In this document: positions 1-23,700 of the stretch, piece by piece
Numbering within the stretch: the first letter of the stretch is position 1
Layout: each line of letters opens with the position of its first letter
Source of the DNA: Balanoglossus misakiensis
Taxonomy: Eukaryota; Animalia; Hemichordata
Assembly: GCA_040954595.2 (NCBI GenBank)
Contig: CM082577.2
Location: 1,426,001-1,490,000, forward strand
Direction: 5' to 3'
DNA: 64,000 nt
Program-made: the position numbers and the translations under genes
The notes under the pieces: generated by a model
What the model saw: only the letters and a program-made list of their open reading frames with translations
What the model was told of the DNA's origin: nothing
Databases searched by the model: none

Positions 1-251
1 GGGGTTTACGATGTCATTCAAAAGAGCGGTGTACAGGGCTCCTTACGCGCTCTTAATTTGACAATCAATTTCAAGTAAATCGAATTCTGATTTCTAAGAG
101 ATTCAGTATTTAATGACGTCGGTGTGATCCCTGTACAGAATTCGCCGCGTAAGGCGTAGGAAATGCGGGCAAGAGATCGATCTTGGTTTATATTGAACAT
201 TAGTGGAGGTGTATGGATACCTTATATGATCGTTTTATGTACATCACTCAC

Positions 252-316
252 GCCATTGTCTACCTCTAATATAATCACGACACTCAGACTGCTGTCAAAG
301 TTTCGCGTCGATGTGT
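252..316 (-). CDS. Candidate next exon of gene C (TSTRNFDSSLSVVIILEVDNG), domain unrecognised
   Basis: Acceptor ctttccag and donor gtgagt. Phase-1 entry keeps frame with the CUB exon ending at 698. Confidence 0.4.
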
Positions 317-697
317 CTGGAAAGAATAAGCGAAAATAGGGATGATATAATTTTCGCCCGTCACGAGGCTCTAAATTGCACGTGTTGTGTACATATACCC
401 TTCGATCCACTTTCTATTAATTGCAAGATTACTCGACAAAATCTTACATTTAGACCATTTTATTAATTCTGAAAACCCGTCCCTAAAGTGCCATTACATT
501 ATATATGACATTTATGCGACACAAATCTATAGATGGAAAATATGAGGTAAAATAATTTTCTGCCATATCAAATGGGAAATTTATGTTTTCCATGCTTTAT
601 ACGCAACCCCAGAACAGAAACCAAAGGCATAATTGGTGTCAAATAAAAAACACAAATCACACAATTATATTATTGTCTAACATTTCGCAGGATTTAC

Positions 698-3600
698 AGT
701 TAGTGCTGATAGACTGAAACTCGTAGACACAACGGAATCCCGATTCTTGTACAGAGAAATCTGACTCAAACTTCATGAAGAGGGCGTTCCCCGTCGAGTT
801 AACCACGCCCGGACTATTTCGACCGCAAAAGCCGCCAATGAGAGGCGACCCCTCAGACGGTCCGTCATACAGACTCAAAACGTCCCAATTGTTTGTGCAA
901 ACGTCGTCGTCGATCTCCAGGAAGAAGTCGGTGAAATTCAAAAGGACGCGTTGGTCTTCCATCGCGTTGAATTCCCACGTGTAGATACGGTCTGGCGGGT
1001 AGTCGTTCGGCCAGTTCGGTGACGTAATAACGCCAGGTCCATCAGTAATTATGAAATTTGATTTGTACGCTGGAATGTGATAAAAGGATACAATTAACGC
1101 CTGTGTCTCTGATACAATGGTGGAGAAAATAGTAATCGTCATCATCACCGTATAATTAACATATTACCGGTAATACATTATTATACATTCATACATTTGT
1201 GACGATGAAGTAGTCTTGTAATTGTAAAACATCTGGAAGCATTTGGCTCATATCACAGGATCGGAACTGTAGACATTAGAAAGCCTTCTGTAACCATAAG
1301 GCCTACTAAACCAAAACCGCGCATATACACTGTTCACAGGAGCTAAAGACATTAGCGTGAGAACAGTTTGATTGGTCATCATGCCTGAGTTCATTTTGTA
1401 GAAACCGTTTTCAATTATAGTTGATTTTGTACCACGAGATAATTATCACTTGCAGAACATGCCTCAACGATATCTCAAGCCGTCCACGTGACACCTCAAA
1501 CACCTCAGCCGTCCAGGTGACACCAGAAACACCTCGGTCAAGGATTTTAGTTTTGACGCACGCCCACTCAAAAAATAACAAGCCCCCTGTATTCAGTGTT
1601 TACTTACACACAAAATAACTGGCCAAAAATCCGATGTTGAGGTCAACAGGGCCACTTGCTTCGCCGTATTCAAGGAACAACTGGTTGCCCGAAGACTCGA
1701 AACTCTGTGGAAGGGAGTTGAAGCAGAATGCATCAACGACAGATACTGTGTCGTCAAGACCGTTGCGGATGATGACCCGCTCGTTGCTGCTGTCGCAACC
1801 CACAACGCCCGCATCGTCAGACGAAAGTGTATATTGGAAGTTGATCTTGATGATGGCATCGATGGCATTTTGAGAAAAGAACAGTTGGCACCATCCGTCG
1901 GACGCGGCCTGGATCCATCGAGGGGAGGCAATAACTCCGCGTTCAGCGTCCAATACGGAGCCACATTCTGCAATATAATGTGCGAAAAAAACTATAGTCT
2001 AACATCGTCCCAATATCAAATGATAATTGAACAAAATTGCTGACTCGAATACACACAACTCCTCCCCCGCCCCCCTCCTCTCTCCCTCCCTTCGTCTCTC
2101 ACTGGTGCCTAAGTACATGTGTTATATAACGCATGCAGCTGTCTTCTTTGCACGCATGCACCCACCTGCAAACGCAATCAGCTCCCAGTGTTCAAGACCG
2201 CTCTCATCTGGAATAAGTGGTATGGGAGATTGAACTGCTCTACTGATGGTGCAGGTACCGCCAGCACGACCACTTTCCGGTCCACCAGGAATGTAGTTAA
2301 AACCATAGCAGATGAATTCAGTTTCGCCGAGACAGAGAGCGGCGCACTCCTGCCTTGTTGTGTTGAGAAGAACTCGGTCTATGTCGGCTTGATCACGAAT
2401 TCGGGCGTTGTAGACTGGCTTGAAGAACACTAAGTCAGTGTCTATACCGACGAAGAAAATGGAGTTACATTCTGCGGTTAGAATATTAGCATAGGCGAAT
2501 CTTGTAACACATGTACAAGTCTTCTGAACTGACGGTATCCCTAAAGGTGATAATGATGTGTCGATCAGAGACACGTGGTTCACGACACTCGCACACCGAG
2601 AAAATCAATGATGATTCGGTGACGCAGTGATTATAATGTAAACACAGATGCGCTTACCACACTGATATTCGTCATCACGCGCAGGACAATGATTGGTGCC
2701 GTCACATCTCAAGGTGTCTGACACACACCTTGAGAGATCATCGCCACGACACAGGAACTGATCCGCTTGGCAGATTCTTGGATCTGGAAAAGAACGCAAT
2801 TACAATAATTTATAAACGTCACGATATAACGACCAGGGCACTTAATCCAATAAACGAGTTGCTTTGGTTGGAGGCCTGGGGCTGTGACCTCAATTTACTG
2901 ATTGAAAAACATTGTGTAGCAGTTGTCTTGATGGTTAGTGGTAAAAGCGATATGTCTTTTGGGGTCACACTGTGCATGCTCTGAATACCGCTCTTTCATT
3001 TTTGTTTACAGTCATTTTCAAAGACATCTTGTATGGGCGGTCTGCCTGAAACTGAGAAATACGTGACGGAGACGTATACTCACTGGAAAGAAACGTATAC
3101 TCTGCTCTGAAACCAGGATATTGCACGGCGTTGTCAGATTTGAATACCATGTGCAGATACCTGTCTGAAGAGTGTATGACGTCATCCACCTCGTCGTAGC
3201 AATACAGACCAATCACAGGTGCAGACTCGTCTTGACCGTCGTAGATAGTCAAGGTGTCGTAGTCATGGATACATCCCGGGTTGTCGGGCTCCAAGCTGAA
3301 GGCAGTGAAGTTCAAGCGGATCACCTGACCTTCTCCCGCGTCAAAGCGGTAAGTGTATTCTCTGTTTGGAGGGTATTCCGAGGGATATGCTGGTGACGTC
3401 ACAACACCGGGTGCAGTTGTGAAGTCCTCAGTACTGGTGTATTCTGTCGGGCATAAATGGAAATTCTTCTATTCTCATGCTCTGCCATATAACTAAAATA
3501 TTCTTCAAGCGAAAGCTACTAGAATTTTTGCAGTTAGATTAAAGATCTTACACGTAGGGTATTTAATGAAAGTCATTTACGATGAAAGAATGATAAAACT

Positions 3601-6600
3601 CTTTTGAAATGTTTCACAAGTTCAAAGAAATGACATCCTCGTCACATTGTGCTTACCAGTTGAATACGACCCGACAAAGCCCTGTATGACATCGACAGGT
3701 TTACCAATTTCCTCGTATGTTATCAAGGCGTCACTTGCATCGATGTCTACGAAACGTGGCAGTGTTTCCAGACAAAATTGGCCAATCACGGGTCCGGCTG
3801 AGGACAAGCCTTCGTAAACTGTTATCCGGCTGTAACTGCCCGTGCAGTCGTCTGACTCCACGGGAACAACGACGCCGTCAAAGTTGACGCGCATCCTTGC
3901 ATCCGTTGCAGATGGCTGAACGGATATTGGGATTGAGCAGTCTCCGTCGGATTGGCCCAAAATCCATCTGGGCGAAGCAAGCTTGCCAGTTTCTGCCGTC
4001 TGAGTGAGCCCACAACCTGAAATAGAATTTTTCTATATTTTCTTAGCAATCAGTTTAGCCACAACAACGAAATTTAACCACTTTACCCAGCCTACACATA
4101 TAAGCGTTTACAAAGATTGTATCATTGTAGTTACATTTATCATGATAATTCGTCTTACCTTGAAACTCGACTATATCCCAGTGTTCCACGTTGCTTCCGG
4201 TTGGGGCAATGCGTACAGGATACTCGGCACTGTTGCTTAGTATACATTCACTGTTTTCGTTGTTGAAGTCGAAGGATAGACACAAGAAATCGGTTTCTTG
4301 GAGGCAGTTGTTGGCACACTCGATGGCAGTGGAGTTAGTAATCACACGGCCAATGTCGCTGACGTCACCCAGAGTGGCTTGGTAGACGGGTTCGAAATAA
4401 ATCAAATTTGTCACTGTAAAAGGGAGTTCAAAATGATCATTATTTAAGTTAGGTTTCTCAGTTGGTGAAGGCATATCTAAAGTGGCATAATTGTAGTAGT
4501 GACAGGGGCTGGTATAGATGTATGAACTTTTGTTTGAAAAAATATCGGTTACCATGCGAGTGTTTTTATTATCCACGGTCACTTGTAATTATCTGAAGTC
4601 ATTTCATGAATTCCCAGTATTGTGCGATCTGCACGACCGAAGTAACTACACATACCACAGAAGGTCTCATCATCGCGGAATTGACAACTGGGATCGCCAT
4701 CACAACGCAGAGCGCTGGGTATACACGCGCCGGTGTTGCACTGATACAGGTCACTTGGACAGCGGGGGTCTGTGTGAGGAAAAGAAACAGCGTTACTCAG
4801 AATGGAAACTGGAAATGCAGTTACGGCAGTGTTACTCCCGAGTGTTACTCAAACATCTCCGAACACGCCATCGCTGTGGACGCTGTCAAATCCACGCTTA
4901 CATGCAGACCACAAGAACACATTTACACATTACACGAACAAGGTTAGCATAGTTTGCAAAGGACAATGCGATATCTGTAAATTGTGTCACGGTTGTGCCT
5001 TGCATTGTAGTGCATTGTTATTATAATCCAAGAAACACCCGATCGATGCCGGTAACAAAGCCCACCTGTCAGAAATTCATACTCTGCTCTGAATCCAGGA
5101 AACTCTATGTCATCATCAGATTTAAACCTCATATGCAAATATCGTCCAGTTGATGTTATGGTCTTATTAATTTCGCTGCCACAGTAGACTCCAATCAATG
5201 GCGATAAAGGACCTTGGCCGTCATATATGGAAAGGATATCATGGTTATGTATACATCCATCATTGTCTGGTTCCAAACTGAAGTCAGTGAAATTCAGTCG
5301 AACACGTTGGTTTGCTCCGGCGTCGAAATTATAGAAGTATTGTCTGTCTGGAGTGTAGGCAGATGGCCAGGCTGGAGACGTTACCACGCCGGGTGCAGTG
5401 GTTAGGTTTTGTGTATTGCGATATTCTGAAACGAAATTTTATAGAAGAAATTTGTTGGAGACTTCATATTACATACCTTTCTCATTTTATTGTCTTTTGG
5501 CGAAAAGGTCATAATGACTATGTTTTCTTTCAGTGATCATCCCATTTCTTTTATTCTTAACCCATTATTACCTGTAAAATACGAGCCCACAAATCCCTGA
5601 ACCACGTCGGAGGGTTTGTTGAGTTCTTTGTAAGCGATCAATACGCCGTTGGTGTCTGTACTGACTGTCCTGGGTAAGGTCTCCAAGCAGTACTGACCAA
5701 TCACTGGGTTCAGGGGACTGTCACTGAGACCATCGTAAATGGTGATTTCACTAAAGCTATTCGTACAATCGCCTGATTGGACCGGCGCAACGATTTCTTT
5801 AAAATCAACCGTGACCCTTGCATCTTCAGAACCGACGGAGATTGCGACGTCACAGTCCCCGTCGAGTTGACCAAGGATCCACCGTGATGAAGCTATGTTT
5901 CCGGTTTCTGCGCTGACAGTTGAGCCACAATCTGGCAAAACAAAATAATTTCTCTGGAAGTAAATCTCGATGCAAGTGATACTCACTAATCATGGCTTGA
6001 GTTTCACGACTTTTTTCTAGAATAAACTTATCATTGTTTGTATTTATTTAGTACCCCCAACCGATGTAAGTATTGTTCTTCATAGATAAACGATGTCAGC
6101 AAGAACTAATTCAAGGCCCAGGGATTGAGAATCGTGAGTAATGGTAGCTGTACACTGTGAGTATGACGTAGACAAATGTACCCTGGGAAAGGGTAGCTGT
6201 GTACTGTGACGTATAAGTGTACCCTACTCGTTAGTTCGTGACGTCACACCGCTGGGGCCAAAACCCACCAATCAAAAGCTGTACCCACCGGGGAACACAA
6301 TGATGTCCCAGTGTTCCACGTTTCCTGCTGTTGACGAGATTGTGACGTTGTACGCAGCATTACTGAGCATACACATGCTGTTATCGTTGTCGAAGTCAAA
6401 TGAAAGGCAAAGAAAGTCCGCTTCTCGAACACAAAGTTCTGCGCATTCTGCATTCGACACGCCGGGCACTATTCGACCAATGTTTCCGGTGTCGTTGACT
6501 TGGGCTTGGTACGTGGGATCGAAGTAGTCAAAGATTGTCCCTGTGTAAAATGACGGAGTTTTGTTGTGAAACGTGTTACTTTGAAGTACAAAGCTCCATT

Positions 6601-7478
6601 ATAAATTACTCTTCCTGCATTAGTATTGTACATGAAATAATGGCACCATTGTTGGCATGTAATATTGGTCACCATAAAGAACGCCTTTATTTAGACTGCT
6701 TAAAGTAGATAACGTAACTTCTTCCCTAGTGTGTGGAAAAATATGTTAATTGTTATTATATTTTGTACTTTAACTTCAAAATTTTTCGGAAATTCTACAC
6801 GTTTTACAGGGACGGTTTATGTGCTACTTCTGTTAGTTCATTGTTCAGTTTCATTCAAAAGTACGGACAGAATATCGCTTAACCGAAAATACTAGTACAG
6901 TGGCCTACCACACACAGTTTCGTCGTCTCTTAATGGACAATTGGGATCTCCATCACAACGCAACGCTTCTGGGATACAGGAGCCAGTGCTACATTGGAAG
7001 AGACCATCTGGACATCTTGGCGCTGTCGAGATGAATACAAATACATTTTGTTACAAATATGGTAGCTCGGGTGTTTGTGATCGGTTGTGGACTCTGATCC
7101 AAGTTGTGGGCAGTTGGTCATTCTTGGTTTCTTCAGATTGCGCTTTTTTTGTCGGCAGACATATTTCCAGAGGCCTTATGGCATGATTTTGTCGAGACAA
7201 CTTGTCTCAACTTCGGATAGAGGGCGCTATGTTATCAAAGATTTATCACAAGGTGTTCGTGCGACCTTGTTGCGTATATATTGTTGTTTCTAAACTTCAG
7301 TGCAATTTTGACCTCTCGAGTCTTTACACTTGACCAGTTATACAACCTTTAAATGTTATTAGAACATAGACGGGACTCTAATACAGACCGTACCATGACA
7401 CTTACCTACGTCGCCATTTATAACCATTGGTAGAAGAAGAAGAACCAGTGATATTGTCCATTGTTTTACCATCGCCAT
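698..7478 (-). CDS. Gene C: secreted/cell-surface modular protein, signal peptide-(LDLa-PAN/Apple-CUB-CUB)x3, no protease domain; 3' end probably beyond the window
   Basis: Exons (minus): 7478-7406 signal peptide [24 protein letters not shown]; LDLa 7022-6909; PAN 6540-6289; CUB 5931-5572; CUB 5425-5066; LDLa 4769-4656; PAN 4413-4159; CUB 4016-3657; CUB 3443-3084; LDLa 2783-2658; PAN 2441-2166; CUB 1967-1608; CUB 1069-698. All have GT-AG boundaries and phase-1 joins. Motifs: FQC..G.C....RCDG..NC...DDE..C (LDLa), CA..C.....F.C.SFDF......C (PAN), SP.YP..Y...LNFTDFxLE...IYDG...C...FKSD...GF (CUB). Confidence 0.85.
1478..1537. repeat. Short ~29-bp intronic tandem duplication
   Basis: agccgtccacgtgacacctcaaacacctc followed by agccgtccaggtgacaccagaaacacctc. 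Confidence 0.7.
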
Positions 7479-8543
7479 GGTTGTTGGTCCCTTAAAGCGA
7501 GAACCGAAGAGAACCGGAGATAACGATTACAACTTAGACCGCTGAATGTAATGATTTGTATCTGCTCTAATTGAAAAAAAGACGGGTCCCCTGTAGTTTA
7601 GAGGGACGTAGGGAATGGCTCGGCATTAATGATAGAAATTAAGACTTTGATCTTACAAAAAAAACGCAGGGCGTAAAAATTAACTTTGATCTGTTCACTT
7701 GTCGTGTGATGTTACGTAATGCATAATGCAATGACACACCTGTGTTAACATGTTAGCGACATTCGGGATCTTCCCATCGATGTGACATCAAAGTAAATCT
7801 ATCTAAATAGTCAGAGATTGTAATATATTGACGCGCCTTGAGAAGGACTTGATCCTTATGAGACAGTTGCGATATTTTCCATTTCTGATTAGAGAAACAT
7901 TCAAAGTTGCTAACCTGTCTTTTGACTGCGAGTGTTCTTTCTGGAAGGCAGTCCCGTTGAACGCTCTATTGATCTTCACAGGCGTGGTGTCAGTGATCAA
8001 AGATTGAAGTGACTCCCTATCTACGGATTTTGCACGTGATTTGTTGGGAGGATTTGAAAGATAGGGATATGTGATTTGAGAGACGGATGCCTTGACGGAT
8101 TTCATCGTTGAACAAGCAATTCACGTTGGGGGCGTCACCGTGGCGGTGGCATTGAAAAGCGTGAATCAGATAGGAAGATAGGTTGTGACTCAAATAATTG
8201 AACAAACACACAATCACACACACGCACGCACGCACACACACACACACACAATTCTACTGTATGGAATCAAAACATGATTTTTTTAAAAGATACCACGAGA
8301 AAATCCAGGAATGTTGTCGACTTTTGCCTGCACAGAAACCTGTGGATCTGCTGGCCTATCAACTACGTAGAAAACACGATAGCATACCGGCAGTAGGGGT
8401 TGAGGGAGTTCAGGCAGACGAAACAAATTTGGGAATTATCGTTGGTGGCCAAAATCAACTTGTCATCATTTTCCATAAAATTAAACCCTAAGCTTATAAT
8501 TTTTCCCACATTATAAAATTGTGTCCACCTGGTCCAAAATTAA

Positions 8544-8682
8544 CGGTATACGGTCACCTAGCCAATCGCAGATTTTCAGGGAGTGACACATGAGAAAAAA
8601 ATTGTCCACACCACATGGTCATACAGAGACACGCCCATTGATCATATATATGCATATGTAAATTAGAGGTGGCCGTATACCT
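8544..8682. mobile_element. MITE with 16-bp imperfect TIRs and a degenerate TTAA target duplication (Kolobok-like by inference)
   Basis: Left end ttaa|cggtatacggtcacct, right end aggtggccgtatacct|ttga; the TIRs match at 14/16 positions. Confidence 0.6.
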
Positions 8683-8746
8683 TTGATACACCTGTTGTTA
8701 AAAACCACACATCATGAGAAGATCCGCATATTTACCATTTCTTCAC

Positions 8747-8752
8747 TTTATT
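8747..8752 (-). terminator. Putative polyadenylation signal AATAAA of gene B
   Basis: tttatt on the plus strand, ~360 nt downstream of the gene B stop codon. Confidence 0.45.
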
Positions 8753-9111
8753 AAACCCATTTCAATTCAAAAGGTTGGTAAGAACTGTCATTGTACATCA
8801 ATTCATTTTCTAAAATATAATATCCACGTGCAGTCACCAAATATTCTTAGTTGAGCCGAATTAAAATTTAGCATGGGAGTTCATCAAACCATGGCAACGA
8901 ACAAAAGCTTACGGTTATATTGTCTTTCAGTGTTATAATAAGAAATTGTGGTAGAAGAGGGATGCATAGCCTTTGACTTGGATATAGTAACATTATTTTA
9001 TACATATATTGACAAAACCGTTGTGACAGAATTATAAAATATCGACGTATACAAAAACAAAAAGTCACAATAGGCCTATATTTCGCCAAACGATCATGCT
9101 TGGTGCTGCAG

Positions 9112-19134
<10,023 letters not shown>

Positions 19135-20263
19135 GTCTCTGGTTCAAGTCAGTCTGAAGAAAAATGTGTGACAAATACCTTACTATTATTTTGTACATAT
19201 TTCCATGGAAACGTTTTTCCATATAAGATGCGCATGGTAGCCTGTTGTCATTAACGTAAATTGACTTCCCTAGACTCAGGCCTAAGTCCAGTGGCATAAT
19301 ATCTCTAACGGTCGGCTAAACCACATACGATCTCCATGGTGACATGATGGCTAATTCAACGTTAGCACCGAAAGATTACAACAGTTTGTGCTCAGCGTAG
19401 AGTGTTTTGGAGTCCATAATTAGTTTCTCGTTCTGTTTGCATGATATTCGCAGGCCGTTGCTATGTCGATTGAAGTTCGTGGCAGCACTCAAGGACCGGC
19501 CAAAATAGATTAATCGAACTTCATTTTATGCAGGATGCTGCATATGACCTACGATGAGTTAACTGATCCTATGCTATCTTCTTAAGGAGGATTCGGTTTA
19601 TTATGTTTCGCCAGGTGCTTTTATTCGCCACCGACAATATCACGAAAATGCCCAACTCTTCGGAGAAATCCTTGCAGTAGTTCGGGTTATTATATTGTAG
19701 GTTATAAAAAGCGCTACTTCAATTTGAATCTTACAGCGACGTCGACAGCCGACTCCCGGTCACTAGGACTCTCCCAGCAGTTATCCACTGCAATAAATAT
19801 TCTGAAACTTTTTGGCAGATGTCGTTCAAAACAATTTCAAAATAATGAAACAGACAATTGATTTACTTACATGGGCAGATGCAAAAGACCAAGCTTGTCG
19901 GCGCTGTCACCAAAATAATGACAGTCAAAGAGCGTCACGTCGAGTCGGAGATCAAGACGGCGTTTTCGCCACGTGACTCTCCTGGTATCAGTTAGGCTTC
20001 TTGGCTTTTGACCTCTCCAGTGCAAACATGAAACCACCTTGAAGGTGTAGTCACACTTGAGATGCCAGTGCATTCTCTGATCGCAATAAAACGTGGTGAC
20101 TGATGTTACAATAATATTCGGAACAATTGACTGGTGAAGTGACAAGCTTGTCTCTCGTCTGGTTTTGTTATTTTTTTTTTGCTTCCAAAAGTGTTATCTT
20201 CGCTCAGCAACACATGTCATCGGTAAACCAATCCTAATTAACACACAGGTTTTACACGTATTT

Positions 20264-20269
20264 TTTATT
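20264..20269 (-). terminator. Putative polyadenylation signal AATAAA of gene A
   Basis: tttatt on the plus strand, ~460 nt downstream of the gene A stop and upstream of the gene B 5' exons. Confidence 0.4.
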
Positions 20270-20724
20270 TGAAAATCAGTCCATGAAACGTGGACGTCAT
20301 ATATATGTACAAGTGCATTATTTCTCAGAAGAAAGAAATTGTGTTGAACATGAAGAAGATTTCACAAACTCAGTCTGTCATTCAGAATTCAGACATCATT
20401 CTCTTGTACATAACATGTGGAACTATCATCGAGTTTTCACAAAGAGTCAATTTACTCGACTTATCTAGTAGACCATGGGAGGCTTGCTACATTTGCCAGG
20501 ACGTTATAGCTTAGTCAAGTGCCAGTCTACATATCGTTTACTGAATGCTCCCCTTGGCTTACGACTGTTAAGCTACGTACATGATGGCTGTTGTCCGTCC
20601 AACTTCTAATTTAATATTTAAAAAAACAGCTCTCTGTCCTCTGTTCATTTCTCAACGTTTTGTTTGTATACTTGGATTCCGGCAGTAATTTGAGAACGAT
20701 ATTTTTGTGTGATGTGGTTATCTA

Positions 20725-23700
20725 CTAAACTAGTTCAGTGACATATCCTGGATTATTGTTGGCGCCATCGTCATCAGAAGCGTCGCCAACGTCGGGCGAT
20801 TCACCACTTTCCGGTTTGATATCTACGGGTTCCACTGGAGACAGTCTAGTGGTTCCATATTCAGCTAAAAATACAAGGAAGACAACACACATTAATAATA
20901 CTCCCCACTTAGCCACTCGCATAAAGCTTAATGTATAATTCATTTGGACATACTCATCATAAGTTAAAATTATAACAACTTAATATAATAAAGTCACAAT
21001 TTATTCACCAACATGCACAGCATTAAAGTCTATTGTTTTAGGAAGACAGTTTAATAAATCCCGTAGGTTCCTAGTGCAGTGATGATGGCTCTGTTCATAT
21101 GGCAGTAATAATTCGATTTTTAGCTCATGGATTTATACCTACCCATCAACTGATTTTTGGCTTTCGTGTAGCTAGTCCACATCCATCCTAAGGCCACGCT
21201 CAGTGCGGTAATGGCGACTCCAGTGACGCAGCTAACCACTATCAAACTGGTCTTGTAAGCGTCTCTCTCAGACTTAATTTCGTCGTAGTCTGATGGGATT
21301 CCGTTGTTCCCTGTCGGTTCCACCGAGCCCGCTGGTCCCGTGGCTTCTGTAATGACCGGTAATGTTATTCGACCAGGGTCTGTCGCTTCTGTTATAATTG
21401 GCACAGTGATTATGCCTGAGTCGGTCGATTCTGTTACAATTGGTAAAGTTATTCGTCCAGGGTCCGTTATCACTGGCAGCGTGATTTTCCCAGGGTCGGT
21501 GGCTTCTGTTATGATTGGTAAAGTAATTAGACCAGGGTCGGTTATGATTGGTAAAGTAATAATGCCAGGGTCTGTTGCCTCGGTTATCACTGGTAAAGTT
21601 ATCATACCAGGGTCTGTTATTTCTGGTAAAGTAATTATTCCAGGGTCGGTGGCTTCTGTTATGATTGGTAAAGTTATCATACCAGGGTCTGTTATTTCTG
21701 GTAAAGTAATTATTCCAGGGTCGGTGGCTTCTGTTATGATTGGTAAAGTTATCATACCAGGGTCTGTTATTTCTGGTAAAGTAATTATTCCAGGGTCGGT
21801 GGCTTCTGTTATGATTGGTAAAGTTATCATACCAGGGTCTGTTATTTCTGGTAAAGTAATTATCCCAGGGTGTGTTGCCTCGGTTATCACCGGCAAAGTA
21901 ATGATACCAGAATCCGTTGAGTCAGTAACTATTGGTAAAGTTATTCTACCTGGGTCGGTTATGACTGGTAGAGTAATCAGACCGGGGTCGGTTGAGTCTG
22001 TGATTATTGGTACAGTTATGACGCCTGGTTCGGTTGGTGGATCATCTGAAAAAGAGCAGAAATTGTGCAATCACAGCAAATGAATTTGTGTCGTGCTTTG
22101 TTATTCTTCACAAACCACACTAAAATATCCAGGAGTAAGTATTGCCGAAGTCAGTTCAATTGGTGTGCGGGCGCTCGTCACACATGCACTCGGGTATTTG
22201 TTAACGTGATCTAATATGAAACTTAGTGTTTCATAAATTCTTCACTTTACCTGGAATAAAGGAATATTCAATTTCAAATCCAGCCTCGCTGTTTTCGCTG
22301 TCCGATTTAAACACCAAATGGACGTATCTGCCCGGAGACTCCACCGACTGCGAAATGAAGAGAATTCCACAAAATGTCCCAAAGTGAGGCGAGATCTCAG
22401 ACAGTCCCCAGTAGATACTGAGATGGTCTTTGTCGCTGGAACAGATTTGGTCGTCTTCTTCAAGTCGGAACGTGAGAAAGTCTAGTTTGACGTGATATTC
22501 TTGTGGTGCCTGAATGGACCAATGGTACTCCCTCTCTGGTGGATATGGGTCTGGCCATAAAGGTGACGTCACCGTACCAGGAGCCTCGGTCAACGTCACT
22601 TCCTGATAGTAACCTGTGGATTTTGACAGGAACTTTATGATGTGCGGATCATGAAAGTTTAGTATTACCCGTGTTAACAGGTGGTTAGAATCATGTAAAC
22701 TCAACATTCTCAGGTCATTCCTTAATTTAACATACTTTATAACGATTCATGTATAGTGGATCTGCCAAAATGCGACCCTTGCGTCCTTAAACCCCAAACA
22801 CGTACCATCTACCTCGCAGTCTAAGTTGAATAAATCAGCATTAACTGTGACCAACTTTGCTGAACTCAGCTCTTCCAAAACGCGATTGTTACAGATGACA
22901 GTCAAACGAGTATAGGAAAACCAATAACAGGTGAAGCTATAAGGTGTTACTTACGTATACTGTATCGGACCATGAAACCCTGTGTGTCTACCAAACTTTT
23001 CTTCTCGAGATATTCCAAGATCATTGTGTTCCCGGTCGACCGGATGGTAGATGGCATGTTAGCGAGACAGTAGATTCCAAGAACGGGCGCACTCAACGAA
23101 TTGCCGTCGTAGATGATCAGCCGTTCGAAGGAGTCCTCGCAAGAAGATAACGCTCCTGGCTGGGTCATCACGTGAGATATGTTGAGCTGCACCACGGCGT
23201 CCAACTGGCTGTTGCTTATCGTCGTTCTACACCAGGTGTTTGTGGCGGGTTGGTTTGACATGTATCGCGGCGATCCGAAGAATCCGTCGAAATTCAGGAA
23301 GAATGCACCGCAGTCTGTGAATATAACAAAAAGTTTATAACTCATACATGTACATGTATATTGTGCCATTATGTTTCATGAGCACAGCTCTGTGAATCTT
23401 GAACACGACTGATAATATAAAATTGAACATGATCTTGTGAACTCCAATTGGTTTCTTTCAGCAATATAAAGCACTTTGCAGTACACAATAATGACTGGAA
23501 GTCAACGTCGTCGTTTCCATAGTAATATAAGAGAAGTTATTGCTGTCTTTGTATCGAGATGATTACCGCCGTTCGGACCTACCTTGCACTGTTCTAAATT
23601 CCCAATGTTGCACGCCATCAGCGGTGGAGTTGGTGTTCAGCTTCACCGGGAGATCAGTCGTGTTGATCAGGTGACAAAGCCCTGACGACGGCACGTAATC

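Noticed and set aside
8213-8250. (CA)n/(CACG)n microsatellite and similar tracts at ~44752, ~47477 and ~56040
   Set aside because: Ordinary simple repeats.
20725-20760. Gene A NPGY tail as the ligand of the nearby PTB-like adaptor
   Set aside because: The genes are ~30 kb apart across a satellite and an unrelated gene; animal neighbours are rarely functionally coupled, and the PTB-like domain seems to lack the pTyr-binding arginines.
21304-22083. 259-aa plus-strand ORF
   Set aside because: Antisense shadow of the gene A coding repeat.
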